Part shown: positions 1 through 8,836 of the stretch, one piece after another | Numbering within the stretch: the first letter of the stretch is position 1 | Layout of the letters: the number at the start of each line of letters is the position of its first letter | Virus record (IMG/VR): IMGVR_UViG_3300017917_001839 | Location: 58,295 to 122,294 of that record | Origin: a virus | Length of the DNA: 64,000 nt | Strand: one strand, 5' to 3' | Program-made: the position numbers and the translations under genes | Notes under the pieces: generated by a model | Seen by the model: only the letters and a program-made list of their open reading frames with translations | Told to the model about the DNA's origin: nothing | Databases searched by the model: none

Positions 1-892
1 TTAGTCCGTCGCGAATATATTCTGCTTGTGGGCCATATGCTTCGCAACTGGTGTACAAGTGGAAACGTGGAATGTGCTGTGTACCATTAATTAGTTTGTC
101 AATAAGTTCTTTCTTAGAACCTAAGTTACTGTTAATAGCAAGACGCATCTTCTCTGCTTGTGGTGTACCGGCATTTTCCTTGAACCAATCAAACAACTTG
201 TAGATGTCTGGAGTCATTGTGGGCTCACCACCAGTGACACGAATCTCTTCTAGCTCTTGGCTAAGTGTAGGCCACCAACGCCAAAACGCATCTACATATG
301 GATTGAACTCATCGCGATCAAATGGCTCAGCATAAGGAGCATCATCAATAAAGTGTCCACGTGCGTCACTGCGGATATTATGATAGCCGCCGTTGTTGCG
401 GATATCCTTTACCCATGTAGTACTGAATGCAGGGTTACAGTAGCTACATGCAAACTGACAGGTACGGTTGAACGAAATTTCTAGAGTCTTAAGATTAACA
501 TCTGCGTCTGGATTTAGTTTAGCAATCTTCATCAAGTCCTCATCTTCATAGATAACAGTCTTGTATGTACGATCACTTACAGGCTCGTTGCCGTCAGCAT
601 CTTTGCCCATGTCCTCAATCTTCCAGCAGTATTCACATTCTTTAGGACGCTTGCCTTCCTGCATCATCTGACGCATTTTCTTTTTGTGCTTGGTGTTGTG
701 AATAGCACTGGGATTTTCTTTGATTTCTTCTAAATCAATTTGGTGTGCGGGAGGGTGATGGCAACTAGTAGTACCGCCATGCCCTAGCCAAATAGTAGCA
801 TTAAGCCACTTAGCCGCACAGAATGATTCGCTGACGCTGTCAATCATTCTCTTCTTAAACTCTCTGTGGCTTTCGCCCTGCTTACGTCCCAT
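1..892 (-). CDS. Radical SAM protein (3' end outside window)
   Basis: Absent from the ORF track because it runs off the window. Manual translation from ATG 892 gives MGRKQGESHREFK...FCAAKWLNATIWLGHGGTTSCHHPP...CEYCWKIE...NRTCQFACSYC (CxxxCxxC)...RVTGGEP. Paralogous to 903..2438. Confidence 0.85.
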   Translation of the reverse strand, partial: MGRKQGESHREFKKRMIDSVSESFCAAKWLNATIWLGHGGTTSCHHPPAHQIDLEEIKENPSAIHNTKHKKKMRQMMQEGKRPKECEYCWKIEDMGKDADGNEPVSDRTYKTVIYEDEDLMKIAKLNPDADVNLKTLEISFNRTCQFACSYCNPAFSTTWVKDIRNNGGYHNIRSDARGHFIDDAPYAEPFDRDEFNPYVDAFWRWWPTLSQELEEIRVTGGEPTMTPDIYKLFDWFKENAGTPQAEKMRLAINSNLGSKKELIDKLINGTQHIPRFHLYTSCEAYGPQAEYIRDGL

Positions 893-902
893 TGTGTGTC
901 CT

Positions 903-2438
903 CTAGATCATTGCATGTGCTTCTTGGCAAATCTGCCACCAGTCATCCATTTCTGGAAACACTGATAAAAAGTCTGTGCCTCTACGCTCATCGTGTTGCG
1001 TAAAGAACTTGTAAAAATTTGCTCGCGCTTTTAATACTTCTTCTTCACTTAACTTACTGCCCGCTTTCATCCATTCTAGATTACGACGAGCTTTATCAAT
1101 TTCAAAATCCTTAAAGCCTCTATAGTCGATGTACTGCTCGTTGGCAGCATTAAGTTCCATAAAAGCAATTGCTTCTTCTAAATAGTCCTGGTACCATTCT
1201 GGCATTACTTGTATGCACTGCCAGTGTGGCGCTCGCAATAACGGAATGTCAAACCAAATACGTTGCTTAGGACGTATTTCATAGTCTGGGTGTTTGTGTC
1301 CACCATTATCCGGTACTGGTATATATTTAATGCCTTGGCGATCTTTAGCAAACTCTTCGCGGAGCTCTAAAATAAACTGTAACCATTCACGGAAGCTGGT
1401 TAAGCTAAGTGCATTAAATGTATTAATAAATGTTATAGTAGTGTTGTCTGTTTCACGTAGAATACGTAACACATTCTTCTTTAGTACTTCAAAGTCCATG
1501 CCATTGCGCATATACTCTGCTTGCTTACCATAACCATCACAGCTAACGAACACAGCAAAGTTCTTACAAGCTGGTGCTACATACCAGTTGTTCCCACTGT
1601 TTGGATTAAACTTTTGTGGGTCCTCCCAAATTTGAATCTGTTCTAGTCTCTGTAGCGATTCAATAAACCGGTCCATTAGCTGTGGCTTCGGTGGACACAT
1701 ATTTGATGTAACACTCATTTCTAGCCATGCGTTAGGATTTGCATAAACATAGTCTAGTACTTTAAAAGTGTTAATGTCCATAAGTGGCTCGCCGCCAGTC
1801 ATACGGAACACTTCTAGGTTCTTGTACAGCTCGGGCCACCACTTCCAAAATGCTTCTACATAAGGATTTTCATCCTGTGCCACACGCAAAGGCATTAGGC
1901 CTGCGCGAGCCAAACTTTCTGTGTTGTTGTGTTCCCCACCTACAATCTGGTAAGGACCAAAATCTTTTACTTCTTGGTGCCAGCTTGTGCTTAGGTGAGG
2001 ACTGCAATAACTGCATTTAAAGTTACAGGCTTGATTGAAGTTAACTTCTACATAACGAGGGTTAATGTTACCCTGCCATCCGGCTGCTTTAATATCTTCC
2101 TTAGCGTTTTGTGCCCAGTATTCACCACTGCGGTAAACACGGTCGCTGCGACCGCCTACATCCTCGATGCGCCAGCAATAGCTACAACCAGCTGGGCGTT
2201 TACCTTCCAACATCTCTCTGCGCTGTTCTTTTTTCTCAGACGTATTGTGTAGTGCGCTAGGATTGGCTTTTAGTTCTTCTAGGTCAATTTTATGTGTTGG
2301 TGGATGATAGCAACTGTGCGTCATACCGTTAGTAAGATGCATAGATACCTGCGCCCACTTTGCATAACACATAGTTGGGCTAATAACATCTAGCTCTTGC
2401 TGTGCCGCATCTGCGGCTTGTTCGTATATGCTAGTCAT
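903..2438 (-). CDS. Radical SAM protein with N-terminal Cys-rich (SPASM/twitch-like) region
   Basis: CNFKCSYC motif, MTGGEP motif, N-terminal CYAKW...CYHPP...CSYCW. Confidence 0.88.
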   Translation of the reverse strand: MTSIYEQAADAAQQELDVISPTMCYAKWAQVSMHLTNGMTHSCYHPPTHKIDLEELKANPSALHNTSEKKEQRREMLEGKRPAGCSYCWRIEDVGGRSDRVYRSGEYWAQNAKEDIKAAGWQGNINPRYVEVNFNQACNFKCSYCSPHLSTSWHQEVKDFGPYQIVGGEHNNTESLARAGLMPLRVAQDENPYVEAFWKWWPELYKNLEVFRMTGGEPLMDINTFKVLDYVYANPNAWLEMSVTSNMCPPKPQLMDRFIESLQRLEQIQIWEDPQKFNPNSGNNWYVAPACKNFAVFVSCDGYGKQAEYMRNGMDFEVLKKNVLRILRETDNTTITFINTFNALSLTSFREWLQFILELREEFAKDRQGIKYIPVPDNGGHKHPDYEIRPKQRIWFDIPLLRAPHWQCIQVMPEWYQDYLEEAIAFMELNAANEQYIDYRGFKDFEIDKARRNLEWMKAGSKLSEEEVLKARANFYKFFTQHDERRGTDFLSVFPEMDDWWQICQEAHAMI

Positions 2439-3010
2439 GCTGGTACCTCATCACCGGTATTAGCAAAATACACTTTACCAGGCTTTGCGTTACTTAAGGC
2501 TAAGTCAACAGTTCTATTAGCATATTCAACTGTATTATCGCTGTTTAGGCCGCCCGGGCAAATACCTAGCGCATTGATACCATCTGCTGCGGCAGCATAT
2601 ATAAGCTGATGCTCAAGTGCCCGCAACATTCTGTATGCTAGCAGTTCCATGCCATGTTCTTTTAATACTGCAATACTGCTGGTAATAAAGATAAACTTTG
2701 TTTGTTTAAAGTATTCAACTAGATAAGTTTTAAACAACAAAACCGAATCCATATGTTCATACATGGGCTTTAGTGTATAGTCTCTGTGAAACTCGGGATG
2801 ATAGTCTAGGAATGGCTGTTGGAAACCACCACTTACATGTTGATTAAAAATAATCATGTCGGGTGCGTCGAGACCTTCTACAAAATCTTTTGGTTCTGTA
2901 TAGTCAACTGTGCCGCGACCAAACGCAAAAACATGATGGCCAGCAGACTCTAGTGCTGCCTTAACTGCAACAGCAAAAGGAGAAGTTGAACCAAACAGCC
3001 ATACTATCAC
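2435..3010 (-). CDS. Short-chain dehydrogenase/Rossmann-fold-like protein
   Basis: N-terminal LFGSTSPFA, FIFITSS and ICPGG motifs resemble SDR elements; the canonical YxxxK appears as YRMLR, so it is divergent. Confidence 0.5.
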   Translation of the reverse strand: MIVWLFGSTSPFAVAVKAALESAGHHVFAFGRGTVDYTEPKDFVEGLDAPDMIIFNQHVSGGFQQPFLDYHPEFHRDYTLKPMYEHMDSVLLFKTYLVEYFKQTKFIFITSSIAVLKEHGMELLAYRMLRALEHQLIYAAAADGINALGICPGGLNSDNTVEYANRTVDLALSNAKPGKVYFANTGDEVPA

Positions 3011-4005
3011 TGTAACAAGCCTTTTTCTAACAGCTCTTGAATCTGCTTTTCACGAATCATTACACCCCAACGGCGTGGGTTTACATAAGTCTTTTTAAAG
3101 AACTTACACATCTGCGGATTAGGATCAAACAGCATCATTTCATTGATGCCTTCGTTGAGTTCTTTACCTAGATCGCATACTGCATTATACAACATTTCTT
3201 TGCTCCATGCAACCTTTGTATAGCGACAAACAGTATCGCCTGCAAACTGCGGAGCAATTTCTTTATTGAAATAATCCTTAAACCATTCATAATCAGCAAT
3301 TTGGTTTGTGTCCCAATCTGTAAGTACGGTTAACTTACAACCTAAACGTGCGCCGTAAATTGCCCATAGACCATTTTCAACATCGGTGCCAATATTGCAC
3401 CATGTCTGTAGTCTGTTATAGTTGCCCCACCAAATTTTGTCCTTGAACTCATCAGCGCGAACACGCTTGCCCTGATCCAGACTCATCTTCACGCCTTCAC
3501 GGAAGCCTGCACGAAAAGCCTGGAACGGGCTGGCTGTTTGATGTACTTCACTGAATGTGTCGTTTAACTGAATATAGTTTAGCTTCCAGCAGAACTCCAT
3601 ACCTTCGCCATCGGCCGCTGCTTCATGGGTCTGCATTTGTAACGCATATTCTTTTGGCCAGCACTTTAGGCCGCCATTGCCGTACACTAGTCCGTTCAAC
3701 AAATTCTTAGCATTCCAACTAAAGATGCTTTGGCTGATATTGTTGCCGTCGTGGTCGGTGTCAGGTACATCTAGCACCTGCTCAAAGAAGTCGTCCATTA
3801 CGATGTTGTCGCCGTCTACCGTAATAAAGCGATCAGTTTCGCTTTGTGCAGCCGCGGCTTTATGAGCCGCATCAAACCCCTTAACACCGTGAATTCTTTT
3901 GGCCCAAGGAACCTTATTAAGGAGGTCAGCCCAATTTTCTTCGGCGTTGGGCTCATCGTAACTAATATAGAAGATGTCTAGTTCAGTAACATCAATTTTG
4001 GCCAT
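3007..4005 (-). CDS. Glycosyltransferase-like (GT-A fold) phage protein
   Basis: ISYDEP...RIHGVKG...AHKAAA...FITVDGDN (DxD-like). Confidence 0.55.
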   Translation of the reverse strand: MAKIDVTELDIFYISYDEPNAEENWADLLNKVPWAKRIHGVKGFDAAHKAAAAQSETDRFITVDGDNIVMDDFFEQVLDVPDTDHDGNNISQSIFSWNAKNLLNGLVYGNGGLKCWPKEYALQMQTHEAAADGEGMEFCWKLNYIQLNDTFSEVHQTASPFQAFRAGFREGVKMSLDQGKRVRADEFKDKIWWGNYNRLQTWCNIGTDVENGLWAIYGARLGCKLTVLTDWDTNQIADYEWFKDYFNKEIAPQFAGDTVCRYTKVAWSKEMLYNAVCDLGKELNEGINEMMLFDPNPQMCKFFKKTYVNPRRWGVMIREKQIQELLEKGLLQ

Positions 4006-4020
4006 ATGTGTGTCCTGTAA

Positions 4021-4677
4021 TTAAGTACGCACATATTTATCAAACGCTTTTGTGGTGTAGATGCTACATTGGCTGTAGTCTGTGTCAGTTTTAATTTCAA
4101 TTTCTTCAGACGTAATCAAGTTTGCTAAACTAACATTAACGGTCTTTAGCATAAAATGCGGATCGTTCTTAGCAGTAATATAAAACTTTAAGATCTTCTT
4201 TCCCTTAGCAACCATGTTACTGGGTTCAACGTCCGAATACTTCTTTATCAAATTTTTATGGGCTGTTACCGTAAACTCTGTTGCCGTTAATTTACATTTG
4301 ATATCATAGCTGCTTGTTTTTGCAGGTTCTACCAAAGAAAGGAATTCCTCTTCAGCAGCAACATATTGGCTTTCAACAGATCTACTTTCAATGCTGAACA
4401 AATTATCTACTAGCGGATCTTGCTTAACATAGAATAAGTTATGATTCTTACCTTTGAGTATCTCTACTTGATCCTGTGTAAACTCATGCTTGTTAGTCCA
4501 GTGTGATAATACTTCTACATCTTCATCTGTGGTAACGCATAGAATAGTACCTGTTTCATCAAAGTAAACAGTTGCAGGTTTATTTGAGTTAGCTTTAATC
4601 AATGCACCGGCTGTGCCGCCTGCTGCTTCTTTAGCTGCAATAAATCGCAGACGTCTTAGCTCTGCTTCAGATTCCAT
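4021..4677 (-). CDS. Hypothetical protein
   Basis: 218-aa ORF, co-oriented with and overlapping the upstream gene. Confidence 0.7.
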   Translation of the reverse strand: MESEAELRRLRFIAAKEAAGGTAGALIKANSNKPATVYFDETGTILCVTTDEDVEVLSHWTNKHEFTQDQVEILKGKNHNLFYVKQDPLVDNLFSIESRSVESQYVAAEEEFLSLVEPAKTSSYDIKCKLTATEFTVTAHKNLIKKYSDVEPSNMVAKGKKILKFYITAKNDPHFMLKTVNVSLANLITSEEIEIKTDTDYSQCSIYTTKAFDKYVRT

Positions 4678-5530
4678 AATCCTGCTCCATTTGTTTTATC
4701 ATATCAGCAGTTATCCAATCTTTTTCTACGTAATGAAATGGCAGTGTTTGCTGAAAGTTACCAATTTTAAAATCTGTATAACTGTTATAGTATGTAGGTA
4801 GAGTGTCTGTCCAACACTCACTAATTTTGCTACTAGGCACATTCTGTACATGGCTCTTCATGTGTACAAACGTTGGTACTGCATCAATGTTTTCTCGGGT
4901 ACATTCATGTTCAATACCCAGTAGCTGCATAGCTAGTGCAAATGCAACGTCACCGCTGAGCCAATCAGGTTTGCCTTCAGGCATATACTTGTAGAAGAAA
5001 CGCTGCCAGTGCTGGAATACAATTTCAGTCATAGCAAACAATTCACTTGCTAGTTCACTTTTCTTAAAATAAAAGAAAGCGGTGTACACATTGGGTAGAT
5101 TGTTTTTTACAAAGTATTCACGATAGTAGTTACTGCTAACAGTTTCTCCGCGGAAGGTACGCACCTTAGTAGTAGCCCATACATCACGCTGTGCTAGTAT
5201 ATCCCACCAGTGACTTACATCTGTGGGGAAGATCATATCTGTGTCTAATATAACTGTTTCGTCATACGGAGTCATATACAAGTATTTCCACTTGTTGTTG
5301 ATCTTCCACTCTGCATCTGCTGCATCATCCTGCCAAGGAATGTCAACTATGTAATCAAACACTTGCTTGTGCTTACTAGTAATTAGCTTTTTAGTTTCAG
5401 CGTCAACACAGACTGTTAGATTGTTAACAGTGCTTTGAGTAAGTTTTAAGTTGAGCGCAAGGGCATAAGCCTGCTGGAGGTAATCCACAGACTTTGTGTT
5501 TTGTGCTATAACTATATAACCTCTACTCAT
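4667..5530 (-). CDS. Glycosyltransferase, GT8-like/nucleotide-diphospho-sugar transferase
   Basis: RGYIVIA...Y..QAYALALNLK, TPYDETVILDTDMIF (DxD), HMK. Confidence 0.65.
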   Translation of the reverse strand: MSRGYIVIAQNTKSVDYLQQAYALALNLKLTQSTVNNLTVCVDAETKKLITSKHKQVFDYIVDIPWQDDAADAEWKINNKWKYLYMTPYDETVILDTDMIFPTDVSHWWDILAQRDVWATTKVRTFRGETVSSNYYREYFVKNNLPNVYTAFFYFKKSELASELFAMTEIVFQHWQRFFYKYMPEGKPDWLSGDVAFALAMQLLGIEHECTRENIDAVPTFVHMKSHVQNVPSSKISECWTDTLPTYYNSYTDFKIGNFQQTLPFHYVEKDWITADMIKQMEQDYGI

Positions 5531-6147
5531 CTAACCCCGCTAGCTAATACAATCTTACAAATGTGTTCTAGTCGTTCGATGTGTTCCATAGCACGCCACG
5601 GACTAGTATCAATGCTAACAACACCGTGACCTTTAATGCCAACAATATCATAAGCAACATTACCATGGTCATCTAGTTGTAGGTTCTCATGACACTTGGT
5701 TGCTAGTTCTTCGCTGATAGGTGGAACATCTGGAACGTTGGGTGCTACACGAGTATAACGTCCTAATTCCGGAAAGTCTTTTACTAAATCTGCGAGCTCA
5801 ATGCCGGCGTGCATAGCTGCCACACAATAAGTAGGATGCAAGTGCATCACAACACGCACATCGTTACTGTGCTGACCCATTGCTCTTTGTAAACCAAAAT
5901 GCAACGGAATCTCTCCGCTAGGCTTTAATTTAGCACTAATGTCAGAATAGAATTCTTCTTGCCATAGTAAGCCATGAATACTAATCTTTTTAAATTGATC
6001 AGGCTGTAGTGTTTGCTTACGTACACCGCTAGGCGTAATGTAAAAATGATTACGGTCATGATGGCGAATACTTACGTTGCCGTCGCGACTAGTAATCCAA
6101 TTGCGTCTATATGCCTCTACCAGTGTATCACAAATCGTTTCTAACAT
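5527..6147 (-). CDS. Class II aldolase/adducin family protein
   Basis: GNVSIR, ITPSG, PSGEIPLH, HLHPTY (Zn ligands), GHGVV. Confidence 0.85.
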   Translation of the reverse strand: MLETICDTLVEAYRRNWITSRDGNVSIRHHDRNHFYITPSGVRKQTLQPDQFKKISIHGLLWQEEFYSDISAKLKPSGEIPLHFGLQRAMGQHSNDVRVVMHLHPTYCVAAMHAGIELADLVKDFPELGRYTRVAPNVPDVPPISEELATKCHENLQLDDHGNVAYDIVGIKGHGVVSIDTSPWRAMEHIERLEHICKIVLASGVR

Positions 6148-7036
6148 AATTTAACATATCCTCACTTATTCGGTTAATGGCCCATTTATTCATGACATGT
6201 AAATCTACGCCTGACCATTTAGTAAGCATAAAGTCGCCCGGGCTACGTGGCTTTTCTAGATACATGATTAATGTGTTATCGTTAACTGCGCTGTGTACAT
6301 CATCTGTATCAAATGTCTTATATAATGTAGTAGGTAATTGGGGTATACCTCGTTCTTGGAAACCACTCATCATATGTGCTGCTATACTAAAGCTATAATC
6401 GTTGCGATAAAGTGTGCCGTTCCATTTATACAAATCTTTGTAGTATTGTGGATTATTTTTAACATGCTTTACACAATTAAAGAAACTTTCAGCATAGGGT
6501 GTTTTACGAAAGTAAACTACTGTGGCCCAGTACATTGTAACACCAAAGTCATTTAAACGATTTAATGTTGGATCCTTACGTTCATACATGATGTCTTGGT
6601 AGCGCCAGTTCATCATTAATTCTTCGTTGTGTCCCCAACATTGATTTAGCGTATCGCTAAGTATCAAATAGTCAACATCAAGTAGTATAGTTTCGTCATA
6701 CGGACTTAGATCATATGCATCACAGCGATTAACGTTATAAAAACTTAAAGGCTTTGCTGTATGACTAGTATCTTTGTAGATACGTGTATTTGATAGTTTA
6801 AACTCTTTGTCTTTTTCAACAACAATAACGTTGTTAATAGCACTGTTAATTGTTGCTTTACCTAAACTTTTTTCTGCATAGTCTAGGCTAGCCGGGTCAG
6901 TAACTACAGTAATATTTTTAATGCCAAGGTGACGCTGAATTAGAAAGCTGTTGACTATAGCTAATCTAAAGTAATCAATTTCAGCGTTGTTGTGGGCAAA
7001 CATAATGATGCCACGATCATTATTTGCCTTCTTCAT
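6128..7036 (-). CDS. Glycosyltransferase, GT8-like (paralog of 4667..5530)
   Basis: RGIIMFA, SPYDETILLDVDY (DxD), RNDYSFSIA, HVMNK. Confidence 0.65.
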   Translation of the reverse strand: MKKANNDRGIIMFAHNNAEIDYFRLAIVNSFLIQRHLGIKNITVVTDPASLDYAEKSLGKATINSAINNVIVVEKDKEFKLSNTRIYKDTSHTAKPLSFYNVNRCDAYDLSPYDETILLDVDYLILSDTLNQCWGHNEELMMNWRYQDIMYERKDPTLNRLNDFGVTMYWATVVYFRKTPYAESFFNCVKHVKNNPQYYKDLYKWNGTLYRNDYSFSIAAHMMSGFQERGIPQLPTTLYKTFDTDDVHSAVNDNTLIMYLEKPRSPGDFMLTKWSGVDLHVMNKWAINRISEDMLNYVRNDL

Positions 7037-7379
7037 TGAGATCTAATACCTTGTGTACTTTGCGTGACTTACGTAGTTTTTCGTACTCAGCGTAATAGTC
7101 ATTGGTTACTTCAAAATAACGACTGAGGACTTCATCGTAAAAGTCTTTGAGATTGATCTTAATAGGATTTTTATAAATGTCCAGTAATACTGCTTCTGTT
7201 TGCTTTTCGTCAAGTAACAACTTACAGAAATTGATCAATTCCATATTAATTGTAAATGTGCCACCGTTTACACTGTAGCTCAATAAACTTTGAGTTTTTG
7301 CTCGCAGTGCTGCTTGCTGATTATTCAGTGTTACCCTGTAATTAGCAAATTCTAATGCTTGAGTTAATCTTGCGCTCAT
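7020..7379 (-). CDS. Hypothetical protein, first gene of the accessory operon
   Basis: 119-aa ORF with a TAAATA box 5 nt upstream of the ATG. Confidence 0.75.
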   Translation of the reverse strand: MSARLTQALEFANYRVTLNNQQAALRAKTQSLLSYSVNGGTFTINMELINFCKLLLDEKQTEAVLLDIYKNPIKINLKDFYDEVLSRYFEVTNDYYAEYEKLRKSRKVHKVLDLNEEGK

Positions 7380-7384
7380 ATCAA

Positions 7385-7391
7385 TATTTAC
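7385..7391 (-). promoter_or_regulatory. Putative late promoter (GTAAATA)
   Basis: TAAATA core resembling the T4 late promoter, located between a terminator and ATG 7379. Confidence 0.55.
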
Positions 7392-7395
7392 AAAT

Positions 7396-7429
7396 AAAAA
7401 AAGCCAGCTACCTAAGTAACTGGCTTTTT
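7396..7429 (-). terminator. Rho-independent terminator
   Basis: AGCCAGUUAC-UUAG-GUAGCUGGCU followed by a U tract; the single mismatch is a U-G wobble only on the minus strand. Confidence 0.88.
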
Positions 7430-7468
7430 GTTCAACACTTTAGAAAACAGACTCAACAGTCTGCCATA

Positions 7469-7681
7469 TTACTTAGGCTGTACTGGAGCGCCTTCAGCTG
7501 GCTTAGCTGAACCGCCTAGTGTAGCGTCAGCTGGTGCCGCTGGAGCAGGTGCTGTTGCATTGTCAGCTGGTGCAGTTGTTGCTGTAACTGCTTCTGCTGG
7601 AGCAGGTGCTGGCTCGTTTTTTGTGCAAGCGGCTAGACCTAAAAATGCAGTAGCTACTGCGATTGTTGTGAACATCTTCAT
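7469..7681 (-). CDS. Small Ala/Pro-rich lipoprotein
   Basis: SD AGGAG at 7691-7695 favours ATG 7681; MKMFTTIAVATAFLGLAA-C signal II peptide with lipobox LAAC. Confidence 0.75.
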   Translation of the reverse strand: MKMFTTIAVATAFLGLAACTKNEPAPAPAEAVTATTAPADNATAPAPAAPADATLGGSAKPAEGAPVQPK

Positions 7682-7725
7682 AGATTGTTTCTCCTTTATG
7701 TTCTTCACGTTTATACTTATATCAT

Positions 7726-7758
7726 AAAAAAGCCAGTTACCGAAGTAACTGGCTTTTT
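7726..7758 (-). terminator. Rho-independent terminator (cUUCGg loop)
   Basis: AGCCAGUUAC-UUCG-GUAACUGGCU followed by a U tract, downstream of 7781..8806. Confidence 0.9.
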
Positions 7759-7780
7759 GGTTTAACTAAGAGGTTAGTTA

Positions 7781-8806
7781 TTATGAACCGCTAATAGCGC
7801 CAGCTGATACAGTTGGTGCTGTAAAGCTAAAGCCCGAACCGTTAGCATTTGGTTGTATGCGGCGAGCGTTTAGTGTTAGTGTACCGTCAATGTAGTCGTT
7901 GTTAAAGCTATCATCGCCAGTACCTGGAATGCCGTCTGCACCTACACCACTACCGGATGCGTGAGGGTCATACCAAGTGGCTTTCAATGTTACCACAGTC
8001 GGGTCGGTTGTACTATTAACCTTGCCTTCTAACTTAAAGTAGTTAGATGCATATGAACCCGAACCATACTTAATATATAACTGTTGGTATGAAGTAGTTA
8101 GCTCGTAGAATCCTAAACCGGCACTTGTTCCTGTTGCACCACTGCTAGTTGTGTTATCGTAAGTAACAAAAACGTCACCCATAGCACTTAGCAAGTTAGT
8201 CCAATCAGTGTTCTGTGTGGTACTGCTACCACCTGAACGACTTGAGCTAAATCCAACTCTACCGCCCCCGTTAAAGAACGCACGGCAAGCAGATTCACTG
8301 CCCCAAGTAAATGTTGTTTCTTCTGTTAGTGTTGTATACCAAGTTGTTGTTCTTGTAGCACTAGCATCTGTTGATGTTGTAGTGCTTGCAGGACTAAATC
8401 TATTGTCCCAGCAATCTTTAATATTCAACATTAAGTTGTTCCAAGTTGCAGCACTGATTGTATCTGACGTTGTTACGTCGGTACCAACACCTGTGCGAAC
8501 TGTTTGACCTAAGAATGCACACAATGCCTGTACTTCGTCCTGTAGTCGTTTAAAACCACCTGTAGCATTATCTGCATATACTAATCCGCCTGCGCTTGCA
8601 GCGGTAAGAGCTGTGCCACCCTGGCTGTAACCAAACGTACTAGACGCGGTGTAAGTCCCTAGTGTAACATCTTGTGCTGTGCCAAGTAGATTGTTAACGT
8701 TTGTTCTGGCATTGTTGAAATCAACTGCCTGAACAGTATCAGTACCGGCTACGACTTGCGTCATATTAGTGCCGCCTGTTATTGTGACTGTTGCGCCTGA
8801 TGGCAT
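7781..8806 (-). CDS. Putative virion structural protein (Thr/Ser/Gly-rich)
   Basis: Composition, RAFFNGGG motif, position in the tail module, SD AGGAG. Confidence 0.6.
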   Translation of the reverse strand: MPSGATVTITGGTNMTQVVAGTDTVQAVDFNNARTNVNNLLGTAQDVTLGTYTASSTFGYSQGGTALTAASAGGLVYADNATGGFKRLQDEVQALCAFLGQTVRTGVGTDVTTSDTISAATWNNLMLNIKDCWDNRFSPASTTTSTDASATRTTTWYTTLTEETTFTWGSESACRAFFNGGGRVGFSSSRSGGSSTTQNTDWTNLLSAMGDVFVTYDNTTSSGATGTSAGLGFYELTTSYQQLYIKYGSGSYASNYFKLEGKVNSTTDPTVVTLKATWYDPHASGSGVGADGIPGTGDDSFNNDYIDGTLTLNARRIQPNANGSGFSFTAPTVSAGAISGS

Positions 8807-8836
8807 ATTGTTCTCCTAAAATCTTTACTATATTTA

